Origin: Eledone cirrhosa
Taxonomy: Eukaryota
DNA length: 64,000 nt
Direction of reading: 5' to 3'
Assembly (NCBI GenBank): GCA_964016885.1
Contig: OZ024740.1
Span: forward strand, 348,564,001 to 348,628,000
Below, piece by piece: positions 53,134 through 64,000 of this stretch (within the stretch, counting starts at the first letter, position 1; every line of letters begins with the position of its first letter). The translations under genes and the position numbers were made by a program. Under the pieces are notes generated by a model. It had not been told where the DNA came from and did not search any database. It saw nothing but the letters and a program-made list of their open reading frames with translations.

Positions 53134-54078
53134 GCATGCATACACACACATTTCATTTTTTGCATTTATCGTTTTCGGTACGCCTGGCCGACTAACTCAC
53201 TCGATATGCAAATTAGGCTGCTCAGCCGTTAATATGCATAAGGAAAGTATATACTTTCAAACATTCAATCGACTGACAGGAAGGTATACGGTGCTGATGA
53301 CAGCTAATAAGCTAGAAACTAGTTCATCGTTCCTTTGTCAGTGTTGAACAAAAAGGTAACGATGGTTGCCGAACAATGTTCGGTAAACCCATACGTACAT
53401 ATATATATATATGTGTGTGCATGTATGTATGTATGTATATACATACTACTGTACGTCTGTATACATATGTGTATGTACGTATACATACTTATATTTAAGT
53501 ATCAGCCGTACTAAGAGTGAGAAATGAAATTTCATTTTTTCCATCTATATATATATATTATAAAGAGTGGATTTTGGTTATCGTGTCTTTGAGCTCTGCT
53601 GCTGATCGACTCTAACCGTGACCATCCCCACTGAAATTTTCGTGAAATAGTCTTTTACGACTATACAGAGCATTTGTAGTTTTTCCAAATTGAAGGATGA
53701 GTATTTTAAACTTTATTTTATTCTGAGTTATGGCTCTATTGATTTTTCCCTGGATTTCACAAAATTCTGTGGATGAATCTATGCCCTGATTCTTTTAGAA
53801 TTGAGTTTGAATTATTTTCCCACATCTTACGTTAACTATTTTTCCATTTTGACGTTATAGTCACTTATATATTAGGAAATACTGTTGGCTTCTTGCTCAC
53901 AATAATTTCTATACTTTTCATTTATATATATATGTGTGTGTGTGTGTGTGTATGTATAAATATATATATATATAAATGTGTGGATGGAAGCTAGAGGAAA
54001 GACGAGAAGAGATAGAGAGAGGGGGATGGGTGAGAGAGAGCCAAGGCGGACACGTGGGGTAAAAATGTCCAAATGGGG

Positions 54079-54112
<34 letters not shown>

Positions 54113-54119
54113 GGTGGGT

Positions 54120-54720
54120 GCCAACTCGTTTTCGAGTACGGCCACTACTTTATATCCATGTAGGAGAACCCCTACTGATGCGCTGAACGAGTGTGACTTT
54201 TTAGTCCAGCCAGCGACCTGAAAACTCTGGTACAAACACTACACTTGTGACAATTACTGACACATAGTGCTGGGCCCATGGTACCATGTGACGACAAGTG
54301 CAGAGAGATCTCCAGATATAAAGCCATGCCTGTGCCGTGAAGCTTTTATAGTGAGCAAAGGCACTGCACAAAGCCAGTCCCACTCTCTTAACCAAGATGA
54401 TATTTACCAAAAAGGAGAACAAGTCAACATCATTGGATACCATCAGGGTTGCAGGTGCTATATCAGAGTTTTCCTTCTCCTAGAATTCTGCCTTGACAAA
54501 GGCTAAGGGGTCATCTCTCCCGATGATTTTGGATGGCCATTGACTCTTAAGAGCTCCTTTGCCCTTTGACAGGTTTTGTTTTTAATCCTGCAGGATGTCC
54601 AAAGTCACCCTCCTCACCAAGAAACCTTGGTGGGGTTGCCAGTTTAGTCGCCAACGACCGACCATGAGACTGGTTGTACTGGGATACATGTTACCAGTAG
54701 CACCAACTGGTGACCTAACA
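54120..54720 (-). mobile_element. Possible RTE 5'UTR-derived repeat
   Basis: The minus strand contains CTAGGAGAAGGAAAACTCTGA, recalled as a motif of RTE 5' regions. It is a GC-richer island between TA tracts. Confidence 0.35.
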
Positions 54721-54906
54721 TATATATATATAGTAATAAATTTGAAGACTAAAATCCAAAGAGGGACAAATATATATCAGATATATAAGAACCGTAGAGC
54801 AAGTATTTATTAAAATAACAGATTAAAGTTTAAGCAAAGAATCGCTGCTTTCAGCCTTAACGGGATCTTCTGAAAGCAGCGATTCTTTGCTTAAACTTTA
54901 ATGTTA

Positions 54907-54942
<36 letters not shown>

Positions 54943-55082
54943 ATATATAGGCAAAAGTTATATTTAATTTGTTGGGATTCAACAAGCTTAACATTTTTAT
55001 AACTGATATAACGCACACAACAGTTACTGGAGTAAATATTCAATATATTAATAAATGGAAACTATATTTATAAAACCATAAT

Positions 55083-55148
55083 TATTTTATTATATATATT
55101 TCAAGGGCAACCAAGGCAAATTTTGGTGCGCTTTCATCAGATAAAATA
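55083..55148 (-). ncRNA. Minimal hammerhead ribozyme motif
   Basis: Minus strand: TATTTTAT-CTGATGA-AAG.GCACCAA...TTGGTTGCCCTT-GAAA-TATATA-TA-ATAAAATA. Confidence 0.75.
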
Positions 55149-55454
55149 CAAAATTTGTTTTATAAATGTTGTCATACACGCAGAAAAACAACCTTGACGG
55201 TTAAAGGTTCTCTGTATATATTTCTAAAACAGTGAATGTTTGTCTGTCTGTCCGATCACTAAAACTCGAGAACCACCCAACCGATTATGGTCTTGTGAGT
55301 GTTTTGACCAAAGAAGATTTGAAATTTTCAATGCCCTGCGGACCGCATTAGGCAATTTAGCTCTCTCTCTCTCCCTTAGTATTTCTCTTTTTAGATAGAT
55401 ACATAGATATAACGTTATGCCATTATAATATCTGTATATATGCCTGGCTGTAGC

Positions 55455-55497
<43 letters not shown>

Positions 55498-55648
55498 TGT
55501 ATATATATATATATATATAGTGTGTAACGTTTTTCGAAATATTTACTTATGTGTTCACAGATTGATTTTATTTATTTTAGTTTCAGAAGATCCCGTTAAG
55601 GGTGAAAGCAGCGATTCGTTGCTGAAACTTTAATCTGTCTGTTATTTT

Positions 55649-55731
<83 letters not shown>

Positions 55732-55918
55732 GTACAGATATTTTTGCATACACAATAACAAAATATAAACAAAAGTATTTATTTCGCAATAAAGTATTGA
55801 TTTTCTTCGCACGGAAAAAAACCCTGGACGAATTTATTTTATAAGCACAAAATGTAGACACCATCCCGAGGCCGAGGTATTCCGTAGTTCTCTGTACTGT
55901 TATATATATATATATATA

Positions 55919-55991
<73 letters not shown>

Positions 55992-56118
55992 GTGTACAGA
56001 TATTTTGGCATACACAATAACAAAATATAAACAAACATATTTATTTCACGTGGCTCGATTAGGATAAATATATATCAAATATATAAGAACACTAGAGCAA
56101 CGCCGGGCCATTCTGATA

Positions 56119-56184
<66 letters not shown>

Positions 56185-56477
56185 TTACCGACATTGAAAA
56201 GTTGAAAGAAAAATTTGACTTGGACCTTGGTAGGATTTGAAATCAATGTACAGTAAACTGGAACAATACTCCGAGGCATTTTTAATCCACTATATTATCG
56301 ATTCTGAAATGTTGCGGCTTTAATTCGACAGGCACACATTTAATATGTGTAGCTACATTTTACAAGTACTTTTGAAACATATTTAACATTAAATATGTCC
56401 AATTGTTTGAATAAGTAAGAGTATATAAATTCAAAAATATATTTCTGTGTGGAAATGTATATATGCACATATGACAA

Positions 56478-56660
56478 AATAATTGTTTCTACTTTTGGCA
56501 CAAGGCCAGCAATTACCCAGTGCATTACTGGTACTTTATTTTATCGACCCCATAAGGATGAAAGGCAAAGTTAACCTCGGCGGGATTTGAACTCAGAATG
56601 GCAAGGGCCGTAAATCTATGCGTAAAACCCTCCGACCCTCTATCGATACTGCCAATCCAC
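56478..56660 (-). mobile_element. Full-length tRNA-derived SINE with target-site duplication
   Basis: It is flanked by a duplicated GCACATATGACAAAATAAT. Confidence 0.88.
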
Positions 56661-56759
56661 CGCACATATGACAAAATAATAGCTTTTAGAGTAATCACAT
56701 TCTGATGAACATGAATTCCACAATAACGTGCGCCATTTACACATATTTTAGGTAGGTAG

Positions 56760-57307
56760 TTATAACTGATATTGGTGAGGACTGCCTCCAGTTATTACAT
56801 CGACCTTCTCTTCCCATACACAGGCTGTGGCTATTTCGATCAGATTTGGGCTATAGACATAAAGTCCATCAATACATTTATATGTATGCTGAAGGACAGT
56901 GACTTTTGTATACACTGTCATACATTGGTGATTCTTGTCAGTGTCCAAACAGTTTTCACATCGACATATTACTTCTGTACGTGAGGGGGGGGGGGTTGAA
57001 TCATTGATAATATTCAGGTACCAAGGCAAGTTGATCGTTCACGGGGGATATGAGAAGAAAGAACAGATGTTGGACATGTTTTATCCCCATCAGTCTGTGG
57101 TGTATTGCTACTTCTTGCTGGAGCCATTTCAGTCGGAAGAAAAAACGTATTACCAATAGCTGCACTGGTCAGACACCCGTATTGAATTTTCAAGTCGGTT
57201 GGTATTTCACACTGTGTCTGTGGTGGTGCCGAAGATACAATCAAGAGGATGATTACAAACTGAGTAAAAGCCTGCAAAACAGAAGACAGTTTAGTTGTGT
57301 GGTGCAT
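56760..57307 (-). pseudogene. IL17-like: Disrupted IL-17-like gene
   Basis: RERSTC|PWY is split by a 1-nt frameshift near 57025. The downstream frame reads EVICRCENC...C..VY...C...IATACVW, with the terminal Cys replaced by Trp. A probable splice acceptor (ttttgcag) is at 57272. Confidence 0.82.
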
Positions 57308-59605
57308 TTACTAAGCAATAAATCTATATTATATGTAGAGAGCACATCCTCCAAGACCTATTAATCAAGGATTACCTGATTTATTTGTACACTATTTTAC
57401 AATAAGGACGCAATTTAATCGATAGCAAATAAATACATACATAAAACCATGTATGCAAATGTCTCTGTACTTTATATGATTATGTGTTTTGTGTGAGCGA
57501 TGGAAGTGTGTAAGCACAACTATATGTTTGCACTAAATTGTGCGTATGTTTGCTATAAATTGATGGTACATATGAGACTGAAATGTACAGTTACATACGC
57601 TCAGTAAGAAGTTGTTCTGTTGATTGAACAATGAAACAATCATCGTCGAAACCGATAGAGGTGCACTACAGGTTTATTTGTTTTTATGTATGTATGTTCT
57701 TCTGCTTTTATAATTTTATAAGTGTTTTACCAATATATATAGAGAGAGTCGGTTTCTAACATAGACACAATACTCTTTCATTTGAATTTAGGCAACATCA
57801 ACTAGGTAAATATGTCTGCATATGTGCCTGTGTGCTGGTATGGATATTATTGTATTTGTGGATGTGGATTTTTTAACTTATATGTGTGCATGCAATTATT
57901 ACATGCATTATTTCTGGAATGTTATGTATGTTCTCAGAAGCCATACTCTCAGCCATGTTCAGAGAGAACCAGTGGACTATGATCTCCACGGTATTGTGAA
58001 AGTTCACAGGCAACCTGATGCAAGATATGAGGCCATAGTTGTCGTCAATGTGCGAAGGAATGCAAGTCTCTAGAAGGCTTGAAAAGCTATATCCGAGCGT
58101 CACACATCCGAGCGTCACACAAGCGATTGCAATACTGTTAGCGTTCATATACTTCTGGTTACAAAATGATCATATGCAGTTGTTAATGTACCAGCGTCAA
58201 ATAAACTATTAAAACTTAAAAGTAGTTGTCGTGAGGACACTCTAAAAGGTCGCATAAGATGCTAGATGTTGCATTCAAAACTACCTTCATTTTCTTTCTC
58301 TACTGTCCGAGTTCAAATCCTGCTTAAAGGCCGTTGACCAGGTATAATGCCTCGACCACGAGAGCACCCTGTCTAGTCCGAAAACAGAGAGGCTTGCAAA
58401 CATCATGGTTATCTATTGAATCGAGAACTGCTGCATTACTTAGATTGTTGGAATTCTAATATTAAAGTTTTAAGGGAAATGGATATCAAGATCGGTAGAG
58501 TTTTATACAATGATTATATTGCATAGTTAGGTTTCTTTATGATCGAATCCTTATTCTGTTGATTTAACTTGATAATTTACTCGTCGTATGTCGCTGAAGA
58601 ATGCCTCAGTTCTATACAGAAAATTAATTATATTAATTATACGACATCCTCTACATAAATTTACGAATATTACTTATATGTCACTATGTGAAAAAATTTG
58701 AATTTCCTATTTTATTTCCCTGCCTTTCTTGACCACTATTAAACATCAAGCTGATAAGATTAAGCTTTTCATCACCACGGGTCTGAATTAAACTGATAGT
58801 TACTATTTAATTAGAAGCGTTAGCGTCGTAACCACGAAAGAAATCACTGTTGAGCAAATTTCAGGAAGCGAAAATCAATAGGGATAAAGTGAAATATCAA
58901 TATCAATATAATCGAATCAAATAAAGCTCTGCTTCTTGAAAAACATATGGAAGAAAGTTGATTATGGTTGGGTACGAAATCTGGTTATTATTTTGTATTT
59001 AATGGTATTATTATGAATATTTGAAGAGGAGTTATAATAGACGGTGTAAGAAACTTGTTTGCCTGAACAAAATGAACTGGCTTTTAGTGGGCATCTAAAT
59101 CCGATTACCATGGTTAATCACGGTTTCTGGTTAGCGGTAGTTTTGTTCGTAAAGCAAGATGCATGTGGATATTCGCTTCATGATTGACGATAAATACAAG
59201 ACAAACAGGGCATGACTATTTCTGACTCAATGGCAAATTGTAAGTAGGATTTTAAAACATATGCCTGGATAAACTAGGGCATTTAATGACAATAATTTAA
59301 GTGGATTAGTATGTAGAATGGTGATTATATATTATAAAGTGAAATAATCACGAGTGATATGAAGAGAAAATAAGGAGAGACATAGAGAGAGGGAGAAAAG
59401 AAGGAAATTGGGTACAATGAGAGGATGTCGAGAGAGGGGTAAAGAAAGAAAGAGGAGCAAGAAGAAACAATGAAGCGAAATGAAGTGAAAAGTAAATAGT
59501 GGAAAGAATGAAACGCATAAACAACAACCCAAACAATTCATTGGTCATAGATAGTATATACAAAATAACAAAGTAAAAAGGGATAACGGTTTGATTATAG
59601 ATCTC

Positions 59606-59654
<49 letters not shown>

Positions 59655-59937
59655 TGTATATGTGCCTGTGTGCACGTGTGTGTGTGTTTTCTTAATGTTT
59701 ATGTGGAAGCTCGCGGCGATTAAAATTTCTTTTACTTTTACAATCTTACACCTGGCTTGCATAGAAAGAGGGCAAAATATAAGGAAATATATATATATAT
59801 ATATACATATATATCCAAAATTAAGATAAATCAAAGTGAATTTAAATCAAAATTATGGGTGTCATGCCAGAAAGGCATGCGCCATATCACCCGTAAAATA
59901 AGCTCCAAGATTCTAATGAATAGGTCCGAGCATTTTA

Positions 59938-60380
59938 TAACAACTAGGAATTGATTAACATATAAATAAACATATGAAACAATCACTGGGGATAATTTTT
60001 ACAAGTGTGTAAGCACACATAGCTAGGTAGGTAACTAAATAAAGTTAACTAGAACTTCAAAAATAGATACCTTATAATATGATTAATCTTCCCTGTATAT
60101 ATTCCATTAAGGAAATATATTTCACAAATTAATCGAATGGTAAATCACAGAGGCCGATACTTGGATTTTCAACAAGGAAGAAGTCCAGCCATCTGTGTTT
60201 TCGCATATTCTTTAATGGAATATATACGCAAGATTAATCATATTATAAGGTATCTATTTTTGAAGTTCTAGTTAACTGTGTAAGCACACATACCTAGCTA
60301 TGTGTGCTTACACACTTGTAAATTATCCCCTGCGATTGTTTCATATGTTTATTTATATGTTAATCAATTTCTAGTTGTTA
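59938..60380. mobile_element. Fold-back non-coding element; related one-armed copy at about 40935-41200
   Basis: TAACAACTAG.AATTGATTAACATATAAATAAACATATGAAACAATC is mirrored at the right end. Confidence 0.7.
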
Positions 60381-60537
60381 TATATATATAAATACATAAA
60401 ATAAAGCCATTGTACAGAGTATCAGTCGAATATGAACAAATGAAGCGGCGGGTGGTGCTCAGTCTGTGAAGGAATTGAAAACTGAAGGTAATCCTAAAAT
60501 TTCAATTCTAATATACATGTTGGTAATGGGATTATAT

Positions 60538-60593
<56 letters not shown>

Positions 60594-60599
<6 letters not shown>

Positions 60600-61200
60600 T
60601 TGGAGCTCTGAAATAGCAATATATATATGGATGTATATATAATGTATTTTGCAATACACTTTATGCTTAATTAAAAGCATTTTGAAGACCGTAAGCTATT
60701 GTTTTTTAGAGTAGTGACAAATTGACTTACTTTGATCTCAGCAAACAGGGGAGATAAGCCGACAAGGCCTTGTTTCGCTTTTGTTGAAGCTTATCAAGGC
60801 TAACTACTCCCACCTGTCTACCGAGATCACTGATGTTATATTCTTATAGAATTCTAGTAAATAATCAGGAGCTGATTATGCAGAGCGGTTGTTGGTCAGG
60901 CAGAAATTAAAAATTAGAATTGGAGCTCTGAAATAGCAATATATATATATGGATGTATATATAATGTATTTTTCAATACACTTTATGCTTAATTAAAAGC
61001 ATTTTGAAGACCGTAAGCTATTGTTTTTTAGAGTAGTGACAAATTCACTTACTTTGATCTATTTCAGAGCTCCAATTCTAATTTTTAATTTCTGCCTGTT
61101 TGCTGAGATCAAAGTAAGTGAATTTATCACTACTCTAAAAAACAATAGCTTACGGTCTTCAAAATGCTTTTAATTAAGCATAAAGTGTATTGCAAAATAC

Positions 61201-61205
<5 letters not shown>
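60594..61205. mobile_element. Diverged 320-bp relative of the 311-bp unit: about 1.45 direct units plus an inverted arm, in (TA)n
   Basis: It shares GCTCTGAAATAGC, CATTTTGAAGACC and AGAGCGGTTG..GGTC.GGCAGAAATTA. The unit restarts at 60914 and inverts from about 61059. An HHR lies at 60757-60801(-). Confidence 0.85.
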
Positions 61206-61250
<45 letters not shown>

Positions 61251-61430
61251 TAGAAGGGGGTATCTCCATAGTCGTTTAAATAAACGGTTGTTTTTAAATT
61301 ATTTACATACTCATTTGCATATTCACACATACGTTTGAAAAATCCCTAATACATTTCCACTATCCAGAGAATATCTACCTGATAAGGTATGATTTTCCTG
61401 GGTATGTCTCTATTTATAAAACAAATTTTG

Positions 61431-61493
61431 TATTTTATCTGAAGAAAGCGTACCAAATTCTTTTGGTACCCTTGAAATATATATAATAAAATA
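61431..61493 (+). ncRNA. Minimal hammerhead ribozyme motif
   Basis: TATTTTAT-CTGAAGA-AAG.GTACCAAA-TTC-TTTTGGTAC.CTT-GAAA-TATATA-TA-ATAAAATA. Confidence 0.8.
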
Positions 61494-61538
61494 AATATGC
61501 TTTTATAAATATAGTTTCCATTTATTTAATATCATTGA

Positions 61539-61619
<81 letters not shown>

Positions 61620-61904
61620 CATTCATATATAACATTTCGCTCTCTCTATATATATATATATGATAAAACTACCTTCTATTTTTAGATTTATATATACAGG
61701 TGTATTTTTTCTCAACCTATTAGTTCTTTCGTTACTTTGGTATCGTGTGTTAGATTTTGCCTACCACAATGTTCAATTTGTCAAGCTATTTAAACGTATG
61801 TTATTACTCTAAGGACCTACCTTGTCGAGTGCTTTGCTAACTCATTCATATAGTAGGTCGAATTTGCTTGCACATCGCCAAAGATTTGATTTTACTATGC
61901 ATCC

Positions 61905-62016
<112 letters not shown>

Positions 62017-62286
62017 CTCAAAATATAAGGTAGTTTTGTCATATAAGAGATGTTTTCATGAATGGACCTGTTATTTTTATATAAAGAAATTATTTCCTAA
62101 AGTATCTGCCTGTCCCCTCAATCTATCTTATTTCTCAGTCTTTCAGATGAAGGACTAGCGTCCTAAACGCTATATCACTATATCTTCCTGCTATATCAAG
62201 CGTTAACCTAATATATCCCTTCCATGTACTGTACCGATTGTGTTGTTATTTTTGTTTACCTTTTACACAAACACACACACACACAA

Positions 62287-62317
<31 letters not shown>

Positions 62318-62397
62318 ATAAAGGAAGGAGTGCGAGACAGTGTCTTGAATATATTTTTTTTTATCCCGTTAGTAAAATAAGTTGGATTACTTTGAAT

Positions 62398-62580
62398 AAA
62401 TAATTGTTTCTACTTTTGGCACAAGGCCAGCAATTACCCAGTGCATTACTGGTAATTTATTTTATCGACCCCGTAAGGATGAAAGGCAAAGTGAACCTCG
62501 GCGGGATTTGAACTCAGAATGGCAAGGGGCGTAACTCTATGCATCAAAGCATGGCGTGCGACCCTCTACCGATACTGTCA
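62398..62580 (-). mobile_element. Full-length tRNA-derived SINE with target-site duplication
   Basis: It is flanked by a duplicated TTTGAATAAATAAT. Confidence 0.85.
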
Positions 62581-63204
62581 TTTGAATAAATAATGAATGA
62601 ATATTATATAATTTATCTACTAAATTTTTAAACATAAATAATCTAATGTATTGCTTATTTCAAGATTGACTTCTTTTAAAAGTTTCAAATTTCAACTTCC
62701 GTTATATCACCACCACCACTACTACTTCAACTACTATATATAGAGAGAGACAGAGCAAGAAAGAAAGAAAGAAAGAGAAAGTGTGTGAAGAGAGAGATAC
62801 AGACAGAAAGTGTGACTATGTGACAGATATTTATATATATACATATATATATATATGAGAGTATTGAAGTTTGCTTGAAGCATTGTGGAATAATAAGATT
62901 TATTTTCTTTTGGTCGTTTTGGAAGCCTCAACAATGCAGATGGGTAATTCTCCGGGTAACCGGATCCGGTGGTGAACAGAGAGATGTAAAGGAATGTAGA
63001 ATGAGATGTATAGTGTGTAGAGGAACGTAGCAAAGAGCGTAAAAAATAAAAATAATAACACGAGATAGAGTTACCTTGGGAGAGATTTAATTGTCCCTAT
63101 AGTTCGGATTCCCATCCATCAACTGGGGGGTTTTCCGGGGGGAAAGGTTATCTGTCGGACCATCTGCATTGTTGAGGCTTCCAAAACGCCCAAAAGGAGA
63201 TAAA

Positions 63205-63240
<36 letters not shown>

Positions 63241-63244
<4 letters not shown>

Positions 63245-63591
63245 CATTATAAAGAAAGAAGAAACATTAGATATAATTAATAAGATATACCATATCCAAA
63301 TTTCCTCACTACTCCTCGACTACGTAGTTTCGTAGCTTATTATGCAAAAACACTACATCACAGAGATGCAGTATTTTTGTGAGGTTTGCCGACTTATCAA
63401 GAGGATACTTCATTTAGAGTTTCAAAACACGTCCGCAGGACGCGAGATAGAATCCGGAAAGGCGGAGGGGGAGTCAACCACGTGATACAGCGGTCAAGAA
63501 ACAGAGCTAAGCCTCTTACAACCAAGAAAAATTTGGTTATGGTATATCTTATTAATTATATCTAATGTTTCTTCTTTCTTTATAATGTATT
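63241..63591. mobile_element. Small element with ~54-bp perfect terminal inverted repeats next to (TA)n
   Basis: 63241-63294 is the reverse complement of 63538-63591. Confidence 0.75.
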
Positions 63592-63755
63592 ATATAGCTC
63601 TGATACTGAATCAATCTAATCCATTCGGATTATTTTGTCCCAGTTATTCATAGAGCAACAACGGTTAAGGTTGGCACCGCAAAAATTCAGAGATATATGT
63701 GGATATATTCATGTATATGTATGTGTTCGCAGCATGTGTCTGTGTATTTCTTTAT

Positions 63756-63838
<83 letters not shown>

Positions 63839-64000
63839 AAAGAGAAAGATGATAGTAATAATTGTTTCTATTTTTGGCACACGGCCTGCAATTATTCCAG
63901 TGAATTACTGGTACTTTATTTTATCGACACCGTAAGGGGGGAAAGGCAAAGATAACCTCAGCACGATTTGAAATCATACCGTAAAGGGCCGTAACTCTAA

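Noticed and set aside
57873-58148. 91-aa minus-strand ORF with a hydrophobic start upstream of the IL-17 pseudogene
   Set aside because: It has no recognisable domain and part of its start is a 15-bp duplication. It cannot be supported without expression data.

Overview
Eukaryotic, AT- and microsatellite-rich genomic DNA, probably from an octopod cephalopod. This is an inference from the IL-17-like genes, the SINE type and the (TA)n density. Host content is sparse: one intact IL-17-like coding exon (35044-35565, +) and one disrupted paralogue (56760-57307, -). The rest is mobile DNA. It includes a young Penelope-like element (PLE; RT + GIY-YIG) present as two palindromic insertions, two R4/Dong-like RLE LINEs in (TAA)n, a degenerate Helitron with a non-autonomous derivative carrying a CRE-like fragment, RTE fragments and many tRNA-derived SINEs. 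The main signal not visible in the ORF track is RNA structure. A 4.6-kb array of apparently identical 311-bp non-coding units (7012-11577) carries one minimal hammerhead ribozyme (HHR) per unit. It is arranged as two divergent arms inside a (TA)n tract, the same geometry as the PLE insertions. A diverged 320-bp relative (60594-61205) keeps the fold, with a compensatory U3-A8 core pair. Several other small (TA)n-embedded elements also carry HHR motifs. Together this suggests a system of (TA)n-targeted retrozyme-like elements mobilised by a PLE. All structures were read by eye; no folding or database search was run.
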